A stretch of DNA of 64,000 bases from contig NW_025766975.1 of NCBI RefSeq assembly GCF_003918875.1, positions 994,684 through 1,058,683 of the forward strand. Direction: 5' to 3'. The position numbers and the translations under genes were made by a program. Source of the stretch: Haliotis rubra (taxonomy: Eukaryota). Each line of letters starts with the position of its first letter. Positions within the stretch are counted from its first letter, which is position 1. Positions 12,545 through 25,656 of this stretch are shown here, piece by piece. The notes under the pieces are model-generated. The model was not told the DNA's origin. It did not search any database and saw only the letters and a program-made list of their open reading frames with translations.

Positions 12545-13818
12545 TACTTACCAGGCAAGTACTACCCAAATAGTTACCATGATTTGTGGCAATCAAGAAT
12601 CAATATTTAGCATGTTATGTGACAGTCAGGTACCTATATTTACCATGCTCTGTGAAATGCTCAGTGACAGTATAACATCACAGTTAGCATGTTCTGTGAC
12701 AGTCAGGTACCTATATTTACCATGCTCTGTGAAATGCCCAGTGACAGTATAACATCACAGTTAGCATGTTATGTGATGGTCAGGTACCTATATTTACCAT
12801 GCTCTGTGAAATGCTCAGTGACAGTATAACATCACAGTTAGCATGTTCTGTGACAGTCAGGTACCTATATTTACCATGCTCTGTGAAATGCTCAGTGACA
12901 GTATAACATCACAGTTAGCATGTTATGTGACAGTCAGGTACCTATATTTACCATGCTCTGTGAAATGCTCAGTGACAGTATAACATCACAGTTAGCATGT
13001 TCTGTGACAGTCAGGTACCTATATTTACCATGCTCTGTGAAATGCCCAGTGACAGTATAACATCACAGTTAGCATGTTATGTGATGGTCAGGTACCTATA
13101 TTTACCATGCTCTGTGAAATGCTCAGTGACAGTATAACATCACAGTTAGCATGTTCTGTGACAGTCAGGTACCTATATTTACCATGCTCTGTGAAATGCT
13201 CAGTGACAGTATAACATCACAGTTAGCATGTTATGTGACAGTCAGGTACCTATATTTACCATGCTCTGTGAAATGCTCAGTGACAGTATAACATCACAGT
13301 TAGCATGTTATGTGACAGTCAGGTACCTATATTTACCATGCTCTGTGAAATGCTCAGTGACAGTATAACATCACAGTTAGCATGTTATGTGACAGTCAGG
13401 TACCTATATTTACCATGCTCTGTGAAATGCTCAGTGACAGTATAACATCACAGTTAGCATGTTCTGTGACAGTCAGGTACCTATATTTACCATGCTCTGT
13501 GAAATGCTCAGTGACAGTATAACATCACAGTTAGCATGTTATGTGACAGTCAGGTACCTATATTTACCATGCTCTGTGAAATGCTCAGTGACAGTATAAC
13601 ATCACAGTTAGCATGTTCTGTGACAGTCAGGTACCTATATTTACCATGCTCTGTGAAATGCTCAGTGACAGTATAACATCACAGTTAGCATGTTATGTGA
13701 CAGTCAGGTACCTATATTTACCATGCTCTGTGAAATGCTCAGTGACAGTATAACATCACTGTGATGGTCAGTCATCAATAGTAGCCATGTTTTGTGACAG
13801 TTAAGTATCTATATTTAC
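12545..13818. repeat. Satellite D: 77-bp unit x about 16, abutting the donor of MVP exon 22
   Basis: period 77 measured (12681 to 12758); minus-strand unit ...CAGAGCATG|GTAAATATAGGTACCTGACTGTCAC... matches exon 22 end ...CAGGGCATG|GTAAATATAGATACTTAACTGTCAC. Confidence 0.85.
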
Positions 13819-13883
13819 CATGCCCTGTGTCTCCAGTCTAGCTTGATGTTCTATTGCCTCTGCCTCTGCCTTCAGTTTTGCAG
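13819..13883 (-). CDS. MVP: MVP exon 22 (cap-helix)
   Basis: gggttttttccag|CTGCAAAACTG ... GGCATG|gtaaat; encodes (A)AKLKAEAEAIEHQARLETQGM (cf. LQAKLKAQALAIETEAELQRVQK). Confidence 0.75.
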
Positions 13884-14074
13884 CTGGAAAAAACCCACAA
13901 ATTGCAAGAAAGAATGATATGCATAAGGTCAGTGCCCGCTTCAGTCCTCCTCTCCTAATTGTAAGTCATTTATCATTCAAGTCCTCATTCATTCTATGGA
14001 AACCTCAAAACTAAGCCATAGGATTCTGAACACAGCAGAAATCTGATATGAGGGAAATGTTCACTGAGCACTGC

Positions 14075-17000
14075 CCTGAATGACTGTTTGACCAGAAAAC
14101 TTTCTTCCATAAAAATCCATCTGTATCACACACAGCTCACCTTCAATCTCACTCTGACACTCTATAAGCATCCTCTCTGCCTGGGCCTCTATCACACACA
14201 GCTCACCTTCAATCTCACTCTGACACTCTATAAGTATCCTCTCAGCCTGGGCCTGCATCACAGCTCACCTTCAATCTCACTCTGACACTCTATAAGCATC
14301 CTCTCTGCCTGGGCCTGCATCACAACTCACCTTCAATCTCACTCTGACGCTCTATAAGCATCCTCTCAGCCTGGGCCTGTATCACACACAACTCACCTTC
14401 AATCTCACTCTGACACTCTATAAGCATCCTCTCAGCCTGGGCCTGCATCACAGCTCACCTTCAATCTCACTCTGACGCTCTATAAGCATCCTCTCAGCCT
14501 GGGCCTGTATCACACACAACTCACCTTCAATCTCACTCTGGCACTCTATAAGCATCCTCTCAGCCTGGGCCTGTATCACACACAGCTCACCTTCAATCTC
14601 ACTCTGACGCTCTATAAGCATCCTCTCAGCCTGGGCCTGTATCACACACAACTCACCTTCAATCTCACTCTGACGCTCTATAAGCATCCTCTCAGCCTGG
14701 GCCTGTATCACAGCTCACCTTCAATCTCACTCTGACGCTCTATAAGTATCCTCTCAGCCTGGGCCTGCATCACAACTCACCTTCAATCTCACTCTGACGC
14801 TCTATAAGCATCCTCTCAGCCTGGGCCTGCATCACAGCTCACCTTCAATCTCACTCTGATGCTCTATAAGCATCCTCTCAGCCTGGGCCTGTATCGCACA
14901 CAGCTCACCTTCAATCTCACTCTGACGCTCTATAAGCATCCTCTCAGCCTGGGCCTGCATCACAGCTCACCTTCAATCTCACTCTGACACTCTATAAGCA
15001 TCCTCTCAGCCTGGGCCTGTATCACACACAGCTCACCTTTCAATCTCACTCTGGCTCTATATAAGCATCCTCTCAGCCTGGGCCTGCATCACAACTCACC
15101 TCTTCAATCTCACTCTGACACTCTATAAGCATCCTCTCAGCCTGGGCCTGTATCACACACACAACTCACCTTCAATCTCACTCTGCCAGCTCTATAAGTA
15201 TCCTCTCAGCCTGGGCCTGTATCACACACAGCTCACCTTCAATCTCACTCTGACACTCTATAAGTATCCTCTCAGCCTGGGCCTCTATCACACACAGCTC
15301 ACCTTCAATCTCACTCTGACACTCTATAAGTATCCTCTCAGCCTGGGCCTGTATCACACACAGCTCACCTTCAATCTCACTCTGACACTCTATAAGTATC
15401 CTCTCAGCCTGGGCCTCTATCACACACAGCTCACCTTCAATCTCACTCTGACACTCTATAAGTATCCTCTCAGCCTGGGCCTCCTATCACACACAGCTCA
15501 CCTTCAATCTCACTCTGACACTCTATAAGTATCCTCTCAGCCTGGGCCTGTATCACACACAGCTCACCTTCAATCTCACTCTGACACTCTATAAGTATCC
15601 TCTCAGCCTGGGCCTGTATCACACACAGCTCACCTTCAATCTCACTCTGACACTCTATAAGCATCCTCTCAGCCTGGGCCTGCATCACAACTCACCTTCA
15701 ATCTCTCACTCTGACACTCTATAAGCATCCCTCTCAGCCTGGGCCTGTATCACACACAACTCACCTTCAATCTCACTCTGACGCTCTATCAGTATCCTCT
15801 CAGCCTGGGCCTGTATCACACACAGCTCACCTTCAATCTCTCACTCTGACACTCTATAAGTATCCTCTCAGCCTGGGCCTGTATCACACACAGCTCACCT
15901 TCAATCTCACTCTGACACTCTATAAGCATCCTCTCAGCCTGGGCCTGTATCACACACAGCTCACCTTCAATCTCACTCTGACACTCTATAAGTATCCTCT
16001 CAGCCTGGGCCTGTATCACACACAGCTCACCTTCAATCTCACTCTGACACTCTATAAGCATCCTCTCAGCCTGGGCCTCTATCACACACAGCTCACCTTC
16101 CAATCTCACTCTGACACTCTATAAGCATCCTCTCAGCCTGGGCCTCAGCTATCACACACAGCTCACCTTCAATCTCACTCCTGACACTCCTATAGGTATC
16201 CTCTCAGCCTGGGCCTGTATCACACACAGCTCACCTTCAATCCCACTCTGGCACTCTATAAACATCCTCTCAGCCTGGGCCTGTATCACAGCTCACCTTC
16301 AATCTCACTCTGACGCTCTATAAGCATCCTCTCAGCCTGGGCCTGCATCACAACTCACCTTCAATCTCACTCTGACGCTCTATAAGCATCCTCTCAGCCT
16401 GGGCCTGTATCACAGCTCACCTTCAATCTCACTCTGACACTCTATAAGCATCCTCTCTGCCTGGGCCTCTATCACACACAGCTCACCTTCAATCTCACTC
16501 TGGCTGCATCCTCTATAAAGTATCCTCTCAGCCTGGGCCTGTATCACACACAGCTCACCTTCAATCTCACTCTGACACTCTCACACAAGCATCCTCTCTG
16601 CCTGGGCCCTCCTATCACATAATGTCAGCTCACCTTCAATCTCACTCTGACCTCTGTAAGCATCCTCTCTGCCTGGGCCTCTATCACACACGTCTCACCT
16701 TTCAATCTCACTCTGACCTCTATAAGTATCCTCTCAGCCTGGGCCTGTATCACACACAGCCTCACCTTCAATCCTCACTCTGATACTCTATAAGCATCCT
16801 CTCTGCCTGGGCCTCTATCACACACAGCTCACCTTCAATCTCCTCCTGACCTCTATAGGTATCCTCTCAGCCTGGGCCTCTATCACACACAGCTCACCTT
16901 CAATTCTCACTCTCAGCCTGGTCTGTATCCTGTGGCTCTCACTCTGACACTCTATAAGTATCCTCTCTGCCTGGGCCTGTATCACACACAGCTCACCTTC

Positions 17001-20000
17001 AATCTCACTCTGACACTCTATAAGTATCCTCTCGGCCTGGGCCTGTCACACACAGCTCACCTTCAGTCTCACTCTGACACTCTATAGACGTCCTCTCTGC
17101 CTGGGCCTCTATCACACAGCTCACCCTTCACTCTCACTCTGACACTCTCTATGGTATCCTCTCTGCCTGGGCTCTGTATCACACACAGCTCACCTTCAAT
17201 CTCACTCTGACACTCTCTATAGTATCCTCAGCCTGGGCCTGTGTCACAGCTCACCTTCAATCTCACTCTGACACTCCTTATAAGCATCCATCTCTGCCTG
17301 GGCCTCTATCACAGCTCACCTTCATACCATTTTCTCTGACCACTCTGCAATGTCCTCCTCTCAGCCTGAGCCTGTATCACTGGCTCACCTTCCAATCTCA
17401 CTCTGTCCTCTATAAGCATCCCTCTCTGCCTGGGCCTGCATCTAACTCACCTTCCAATCTCACTCTGACGCTCTATAAGCATCCTCTCAGCCTGGGCCTG
17501 TATCCAAAACTCACCTTCAATCTCACTCCTGACACTCTATAAGCATCCTCTCAGCCTGGGCCTGCATCACAGCTCACCTTCAATCTCACTCTGACTCTCT
17601 ATAAAGCATCCTCTCAGCCTGGGCCTGTATCACAGCTCACCTTCAATCTCACTCTGACACTCTATAAGCATCCTCTCTGCCTGGGCCTCTATCACACACA
17701 GCTCACCTTCAATCTCACTCTGGCACTCTATAAGTATCCTCTCAGCCTGGGCCTGTATCACACACAGCTCACCTTCAATGTCACTCTGACACTCTATAAG
17801 TATCCTCTCAGCCTGGGCCTGTATCACACACAGCTCACCTTCAATCTCACTCTGACACTCTATAAGCATCCTCTCAGCCTGGGACTGCATCACAACTCAC
17901 CTTCAATCACTCTGACAATCTATAAAAGCATCCTCTCAGCCTGGGCCTGTATCACAGCTCACCTTCAATCTCACTCTGACACTCTATAGAAGCATCCTCT
18001 CTGCCTGGGCCTCTATCACAGCTCACCTCCAATCTCACTCTGGCTCTATAAGTATGTCCTCTCTGCCTGGGCCTGTATCACAGCTCACCTTCAATCTCAC
18101 TCTGACACTCTATAAGCATCCTCTCTGCCTGGGCCTCTATCACACACAGCTCACCTTCAATCTCACTCTGACACTCTATAAGTATCCTCTCAGCCTGGGC
18201 CTGTATCACAGCTCACCTTCAATCTCACTCTGACTCTCTATAAGTATCCTCTCAGCCTGGGCCTGCATCACAACTCACCTTCAATCTCACTCTGACACTC
18301 TATAAGCATCCTTTCAGCCTGGGACTGCATCACAACTCACCTTCAATCTCTCACTCTCATGACACAGCTCTATAAGCATCCTCTCAGCCTGGGACTGCAT
18401 CACAGCTCACCTTCAATCCTCACTCTGACACTCTATAAGCATCCCTCTCACCTGGGCCTGTATGTCACACAGCTCACCTTCAATCTCACTCTGACACTCA
18501 ATAAGCATCCCCTCAGCCTGGGCCTGTATCACACACAACTCACCTTCAATCCCTCTCTAGGCTCTATAAGGATCCTCTCAGCCTGGGCCTGTATCACACA
18601 GCTCACCTTCAATCCCACTCTGACTCTATAAGCATCCTGGGCCTGGGCCTGTATCACACACAGCTCACCACCTTCAATCTCACTCTGACACTCTATAAGC
18701 ATCCTCTCAGCCTGGGCCTGTATCACACACAGCTCAGCTTCAATCTCCTCTCTGGCTCTATAAGCATCCTCTCAGCCTGGGCCTGTATCACAACTCACCT
18801 TCAATCTCACTCTGACACTCTATAAGCATCCTCTCAGCCTGGGCCTGTATCACAGCTCACCTTCAATCTCACTCTGACGCTCTATAAGCATCCTCTCAGC
18901 CTGGGCCTGTATCACAACTCACCTTCAATCTCACTCTGGCACTCTATAAGCATCCTCTCACCCTGGGCCTGTATCACACACAGCTCACCTTCAATCTCAC
19001 TCTGACACTCAATAAGCATCCCCTCAGCCTGGGCCTGTATCACACACAACTCACCTTCAATCCCACTCTGACACTCTATAAGGATCCTCTCAGCCTGGGC
19101 CTGTATCACACACAGCTCACCTTCAATCCCACTCTGACACTCTATAAGCATCCCCTCAGCCTGGGCCTGTATCACACACAACTCACCTTCAATCCACTCT
19201 GACACTCTATAAGCATCCTCTCAGCCTGGGCCTGTATCACACACAGCTCACCTTCAATCTCACTCTGACGCTCTATAAACATCCTCTCAGCCTGGGCCTG
19301 TATCACAGCTCACCTTCAATCTCACTCTGACGCTCTATAAGTATCCTCTCAGCCTGGGCCTGTATCACACACAGCCTCACAGCTCACCTTCACATCTCAC
19401 TCTGACTCTCTATAAGCATCCTCTCAGCCTGGGCCTGTATCACACACAACTCACCTTCAATCTCACTCTGGCACTCTATAAGTATCCTCTCAGCTGGGCC
19501 TGTGTCACACAACTCACCTTCAATCTCACTCTGACACTCTATAAGTATCCTCTCAGCCTGGGCCTGTATCACACACAGCTCACCTTCAATCTCACTCTGA
19601 CACTCTATCAGCATCCTCTCAGCCTGGGCCTGTGTCACACAGCTCACCTTCCATCCACTGACTGGCTCTATAAGCATCCTCTCAGCCTGGGCCTGTATCA
19701 CACACAGCTTACCTTCAATCTCACTCTGGCAGTCTATAAGTATCCTCTCAGCCTGGGCCTCTATCACCACACAGCTCACCTTCAATCTCACTCCTGGCAC
19801 TCTATAAGCATCCTCTCGGCCCTGGGCCTGTGTCACACACAACTCACCTTCAATCTCGCTCTGGCACTCTATAAGGTATCCTCTCAGCCTGGGCCTCCCT
19901 ATCACACACGCTCTTCACCGTCTCACTCTGACACTCTATAAGTATCCTCTCGGCCTGGGCCTGTATCACACACAGCTCACCTTCAATCTCACTCTGACAC

Positions 20001-20420
20001 TCTATAAGTATCCTCTCAGCCTGGGCCTGTATCACACAGCTCACCTTCAATCTCACTCTGACACTCTAAGCATCCTCTCAGCCTGGGCCTGTATCACACA
20101 CACAAGCTCACCTTCAATCTCACTCCTGGCGCTCTATAAGCATCCTCTCAGCCTGGGCCTGTATCACACACAGCTCACCTTCAATCTCACTCTGACACTC
20201 TATAAACATCCTCTCAGCCTGGGCCTGTATCACAGCTCACCTTCAATCCCACTCTGACACTCTATAAACATCCTCTCAGCCTGGGCCTGTATCACAGCTC
20301 ACCTTCAATCTCACTCTGACACTCTATAAGCATCCTCTCAGCCTGGGCCTGTATCACACACAGCTCACCTTCAATCTCACTCTGGCACTCTATAAGCATC
20401 CTCTCAGCCTGGGCCTGTGC
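14075..20420. repeat. Satellite C: 62/66-bp unit x about 95-100 (~6.3 kb), starting at the donor of MVP exon 21
   Basis: period 66 measured (14131 to 14197); 62-bp variants lack CACA; minus-strand unit ATACAGGCCCAGGCTGAGAGGATGCTTATAGAGTGTCAGAGTGAGATTGAAG|GTGAGCTGTGTGTG = last 47 nt of exon 21 + consensus donor + 19 nt intron; in-frame (22 aa QAQAERMLIECQSEIEGELCVI); degenerate or frameshifted in 16100-17600 and 19390-19900. Confidence 0.9.
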
Positions 20421-20595
20421 TTCAGCTTTGGCTTGCCCAGTTGACTCAACAGCTGCAGCTATAGCACACAGATGCAGCAAGTTGGCCCTCTCCTTCTCTG
20501 CATCCTTCTCATTGGCCAGCTTCTGTCTCTCCAGCTGACCGCGTGCAGCCTGCTCAATCTTGTCAGCCTCATGGGCTGCTGCATTCTCTATGGAC
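20369..20595 (-). CDS. MVP: MVP exon 21 (shoulder/cap-helix start)
   Basis: tactgtacag|GTCCATAGAG ... GATTGAAG|gtgagc; encodes (K)SIENAAAHEADKIEQAARGQLERQKLANEKDAEKERANLLHLCAIAAAVESTGQAKAEAQAQAERMLIECQSEIE (cf. ...[61 protein letters not shown]). Confidence 0.8.
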
Positions 20596-20784
20596 CTGTA
20601 CAGTATTTATGAGGGAATTAGCCGTCATGACTTGCTACTCACTAGTGGTGGGAATTGGTTAAAGTTTCAAGACTAATCATGGTTTAACAAAAGGACTGTT
20701 GATGGTTTAATGAATAATCATAATTGAGAACACAGAAATACAAAGAAATGCAGAGCTGTAATTCTGCATTTGTCCTTAAAAATG

Positions 20785-22880
20785 TAATTTTTGGAGTAAA
20801 ATTGATATTTTATACTTATCCTGACTCATGCTCTTTTTGCTTGTCTTCTTCTTCTTGCGAACATAGTGGAACACTTGTATCTCCCTAATTGAAGCTCCCT
20901 TCAATTTAAAATCACTAATTAGTATTCACCACGAGTTACCTCCTTTCCACAAGCGCGGGAACGAGGGCGCCACCTCTACCCATGTGCCTCACTCTCTCCT
21001 CATATACTGAGCCCAACATTTGAATTTACAGGAAATCCAAAGTGTTATTTGGGGAGGATGGGAGGGGCTGACCTCATGAGTCAGGATAAGTATAAAATAT
21101 CAATTTTACTCCAAAATTACATATTTTCCTTATCCTGACTCATGCTCTTGCTTGTAGCATCCTACGGACGGAGGTGGGAATATCTAATACTTTGGATTTT
21201 TAATAATTAGTGATTTGAACTGTGATGATTGTAATAACCCTATGGGAACTTCATAAAGGCACTGAACTGATGAATTCCTGCTGCTAACTTATCAGCTGCC
21301 ATATATGTTAAAAGGTTATTACCATGTACTTATTATGATAAAGTATATATAACATTAATACAATGCTTAAGACTAATAGACTTAAGCTTGTTAATATGCT
21401 AGTATAAACTCCTTAGAGTTTGTTAGCTAAAATACTTTAAGATATAACATAGTACTAAGCTTAAGATATGATTAAACTTAAGCTAATTATATAATAGCAA
21501 ACTCTTTAGAGTTTGTTAGCTAATCTACTTATATGATATAGATATAGTGCTGAGCTTAAGATATGAATAAGCTTTAGCTACCTATATATATAATAGCAAA
21601 ACTCTGTAGAGTTTGTTAGCTAATATATTTTTATAATATGAGTATAGTACTATGCTTAAGGTATAATTAGCTTAAGTTACCTATATAATAGTAAAACTCC
21701 GTAGAGTTTGTTAGCTTAATTAACTTAAGCTATGTATAAAATAGCCAAAAACTCTGTAGAGTTTGTTAGCTAATGCATTTATCATGTAACCATAGTATTA
21801 CTCTTAAGATATGAATAACTTAAGGTAAATATATATAATAACAAACTCTGTAGAGTTGTTAACTTATATATTGTATGATGTAATAATCATAGTACTGTGA
21901 TGATAAAAGGAACTTAAGTAAATTATATATAGCATGAAGCTATTTAGTATTGTTATAAGATAAGTAAAAATCTGTTAGATTGACTTATCTTCTAAGAGGA
22001 ACTGTCAGCTGTTGTGCGAGGACCATGGGATCGAATTGGTGTATACCTGAGACGTCCTCCTGGTGGTGATATCTCTCAGATAATGGTTTGCAACCACCAT
22101 ATCGATTTCCAGAAATAAACCCTCCATTATTTCAATCACATTTGTGTAGAACAATTGTAGAAGTTAGCGCTATAATATCATGAGTATTAAGCTCATGGAG
22201 GGTCGGAATAGGTCCATCCGCATATGCACGTAGTATGACAGTTCTGATCCAAATGGAGATATAGTACATGAGACTTCACTCTGCGTAAGTTGATGATAGA
22301 GGAAATAATCTGTTGCATTTTTCCTCCTGTTTGGTTTGGTGGAGATAAATTTACAGTGCTCTTGCTGGCCATCTTGATAGAATCATCGTGATCATGGGGT
22401 CCAAGTATGTCATCCAGGCGGTTGTTCATAAACCCGGATCAGCAGCAGCATAAAAACGCAATCTGTAATAGTACAGAATTTTCATCAACGAATCCACTGA
22501 AACAAACACGCGCCCCGTGAATAAACTGTAGAAAAAAACGAATTAAATATCAATATATAATCGCTTGAAGGATACTAGCTAAACCTCTATAGATGTCTAT
22601 ACGAGGTAACTAACTAAATATAATTCAAAGGATATAGTGTGTCGGAGACACAGGCGCTTCTCACGTCCAGCTCACTGGGCGAAGAAGGAGAGAGTGAGGC
22701 ACATGGGTAGAGGTGGCGCCCTCGTTCCCGCGCTTGTGGAAAGGAGGTAACTCGTGGTGAATACTAATTAGTGATTTTAAATTGAAGGGAGCTTCAATTA
22801 GGGAGATACAAGTGTTCCACTATGTTCGCAAGAAGAAGAAGACAAGCAAAAAGAGCATGAGTCAGGATAAGGAAAAATTA
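20785..22880. mobile_element. TE1: ~2.1-kb non-autonomous foldback-like DNA element with ~230-bp terminal inverted repeats
   Basis: 20812-21040 is the reverse complement of 22660-22880 (CTTATCCTGACTCATGCTCTTTTTGCTTGTC...GGCGCCACCTCTACCCATGTGCCTCACTCTCTCC); subterminal hairpin CATGAGTCAGGATAAG...CTTATCCTGACTCATG; internal ~60-bp tandem array 21340-21900; shared with TE2. Confidence 0.75.
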
Positions 22881-23084
22881 ACAGTATGTAGAGTAAAAAA
22901 CATGAGAATGATATCATTCCATATTCTGCAACACAAAATCATCAACAATCAGTGTTTTCAGTAGCAACTGAACCTCCAATGACAGATGTGGTGAGCAAGG
23001 ACCCACTACTGGAGAACAATGACACGCAATAGAGCGAGAAACTGAATGTTCAGTCACCTTGTATGACCAGAAATGTTTGATTTG

Positions 23085-23278
23085 CTTGTTTGTTGTTTAA
23101 CATTGCACTCAGCAATATTCCAGCTGTAAGGTGGATAATTAATAATCAGATCTGGACAAGACAATCCAGTGATCAACATCATGAGCATCGATCTAAGCAA
23201 TTGGGATACGATGACATATGCCAACCAAGTCAGCGAGTCTGATCACCATTCCTCGCCTCTTATGACAAGCATGGGTTG
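23085..23278 (-). mobile_element. SINE-B copy, directly abutted by a SINE-A
   Basis: SINE-B body ends at ...GACAAGCATGGGTTGA then SINE-A begins. Confidence 0.6.
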
Positions 23279-23408
23279 ATATTCCAGCAATATCACAGCA
23301 GTGGACACCTGAAATGGGCTTCAAACATTGTACCCATGTGGGGAATCGAACTCTGGCCTTCAGCGTGACGAGCAAACGCTTAAAGCACTAGGTTACCCCA
23401 CCGCCCCT
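23279..23408 (-). mobile_element. SINE-A copy (tail-truncated)
   Basis: ATTCCAGCAATATCACAGCAGTGGACACCTGAAATGGGCTTCA...CCACCGCCCC. Confidence 0.65.
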
Positions 23409-23467
23409 GGACCACTACATCGGCAGACATAAAAGATGGTTGCTGAAAACAAATGTCAAGAACAAAC

Positions 23468-23568
23468 TTTGTAGCAATCTCTATGGCCATCTGTATTGAC
23501 TTGCTGAGGCTGTCCCTCATCTTCACGTCTGATGGCTCGATGCTCTGAACGTCGATACTGGTAATTAC
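23468..23568 (-). CDS. MVP: MVP exon 20
   Basis: atatcaccag|GTAATTACC ... ACAAA|gtttgt (weak donor); encodes [33 protein letters not shown](K) (cf. [33 protein letters not shown]). Confidence 0.65.
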
Positions 23569-23583
23569 CTGGTGATATAAAGG

Positions 23584-23750
23584 AGTGAGTGAGTGAGGTT
23601 TAGTTTTACACTGCTTTTATCACTATTCCTGCAATATCACCATGGTGGATACAAGAAATGGGCTGCACAAATTTCACGCCTTGGGGAACCAAATCCAAAT
23701 CTTTCGCGTGGCAAGAGAACGCTTTTAACCACTAGGCTACCCTAACGCCC
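23584..23750 (-). mobile_element. SINE-A copy
   Basis: (GAGT)n...CTTTTATCACTATTCCTGCAATATCACCATGGTGGATACAAGAAATGGGCTGCACA... Confidence 0.7.
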
Positions 23751-24312
23751 TGTGTAATATAAGGAAACACAGAATCAGCATTGTACTATTTGTAGAACTA
23801 AGGCCTGCAGAAACAACTGCTGACAGTGTCACAAAAATATACTACTGCCTGGGCAACTTATATCAGTCAACGATTTTTGCTGTGTGGCTATACATTAATA
23901 ACTCTAATCTCACCTCTTGTTGTTGTAAGAGTGAGTGAGTGAGTGAGTGAATGTTTCTCATTCTCTTACCATACAATTTCCCAAGCATCATGTAAGATTC
24001 AGCCTGTAAAAAAGATGCAGCAAAGACCCTTTCTCATTCCATTTCTTCATTTGGTTGCAAAAATTGTTTCGTTTTTTTAGTTTCTACAGAGAAACTGTTT
24101 TGATCAACATCATATAATTATACATCTAAACTTTGCTTACGTCAAAAGCTTACTGCATCAATGTATGTAATATGTGCAGTGAAAGTTCCGGAACTTATGG
24201 CGACATGTTTCTTAAGACACACAAGTGTCTTATGATATCCACAAGTATCTAATGACTTCTTAAGTATCAATCAAAGTTGTTTTAAGTTTAAGAGTCTAAT
24301 CCGTTCAAGGGT

Positions 24313-24544
24313 GCCATCCTATCTATAATGGAGAGCGGAAGGTCGCGGGTTCGATCCCCGACCGCGTCATACCAAAAGACGTTAAAATATGGTACTTGTT
24401 GGTCCCTGCCTGGCGTTCGGCATTAATGGGTACAACAAGGACTGCTCGGCTCGGAGTCAGTATAATGTGTCTGCGCATGCACGTCGTCATATGAGCGTAA
24501 TATTCTCAAGCACGACGTTAAACCCAATTTCACCTCACCTCACC
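24313..24544 (+). mobile_element. SINE-C copy (head-truncated)
   Basis: GAGAGCGGAAGGTCGCGGGTTCGATCCCCGACCGCGTCATACCAAAAGACG...CACCTCACCTCACC. Confidence 0.75.
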
Positions 24545-24681
24545 TATCTATAATCCAATATCAACACCCATCACAGTTTGTTCCATCACAGTGGCTCGAC
24601 AGTAAAAGAGCAGCAAACTAGCTTCAGCATCAGAGACATCAGCGATGGTATTTGATTGTGACGTGACGGTAACCAAAGAAT

Positions 24682-24841
24682 AAGTGAGTGATTTGGTCTT
24701 ATGCCGCTTTTAGCAGTATTCCAGCAATATCACGGCATGGGACACCAGAAATGGGCTTGATGCATTGTACACATGAACGGAATCGAACCCGGGTCTTCGG
24801 CGTGATGCTTAACCCACGACGCAACGCACTCCCACTGCCCG
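24682..24841 (-). mobile_element. SINE-A copy (degenerate)
   Basis: AGTGAGTGATTTGGTCTTATGCCGCTTTTAGCAGTATTCCAGCAATATCACGGCATGGGACACCAGAAATGGGCTTGA... Confidence 0.6.
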
Positions 24842-24904
24842 TAACCGTAAAGGTCACAATGGACAGTAAAAAATGAATCGTGATGCAATTTCATTGCCAC
24901 ATAC

Positions 24905-25050
24905 CAAGTTGTTTTCACTGAATCTGATGTGTGTCCTGAGCTGCTTGTTGACAGGGTTGATACCGAAAACGGCCGTTCGTATGATCTGCAGGGAGTGTCT
25001 GTGGAACTCATCAAAGGGAACCAGGGCAACAGCACCTCTGATCCGGCTTC
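24905..25050 (-). CDS. MVP: MVP exon 19
   Basis: ctttttccag|GAAGCC ... AACTTG|gtatgt; encodes (G)[48 protein letters not shown] (cf. [32 protein letters not shown]...FPQNGLV). Confidence 0.85.
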
Positions 25051-25412
25051 CTGGAAAAAGGTGTTCAGAAGAAATAGTAACAAATTGTGCTACGTTTGAC
25101 AGCTTTCTAAAAAAGTATTGTGTATTCATAGCTTTCGGCTGTGGGAGCCATGCCATTCTTGTGGAAGTGCGATGGCTGAGTGGGTTAGATGGCTGACTTT
25201 GTGATGGCAATTAGGTGCCTGACTCTGAGAGTGTAGGTTCAAATACTTGATTGGACGCAACCCAACAAAAGTACTGGAATCTGTATTTTACTGAGAAAGT
25301 GAAACGGGGCCCTGGATGACATAAAGCTAAAAAGGCAATAAATAGAAAAAAGCGTCACAGAAATTATTTCAGTTACTGAAGAGAATGTTTCTTATTCATA
25401 CATCATACTTAC

Positions 25413-25491
25413 CAACTTGTCGACAGGCAAAGCCAATGAAGTCTGGTACAGCAAACATTTGCTTCAGACTTTCGTCATCTTTTCGATCGTA
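25413..25491 (-). CDS. MVP: MVP exon 18
   Basis: tttgctttcag|TACGAT ... CAAGTTG|gtaagt; encodes YDRKDDESLKQMFAVPDFIGFACRQV (cf. [27 protein letters not shown]). Confidence 0.85.
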
Positions 25492-25656
25492 CTGAAAGCA
25501 AATCAAACATTCATGTTCATCGGCAGTGTACAAGTTATCAACTTTTACAGACTATAAATAAACATATAAATATTAACATACATTATAAAAATAAGCAAAA
25601 AAATCTATATGAATAACTAAAATATATCATCACAAAAATTGTTGAATTGTAATTAC

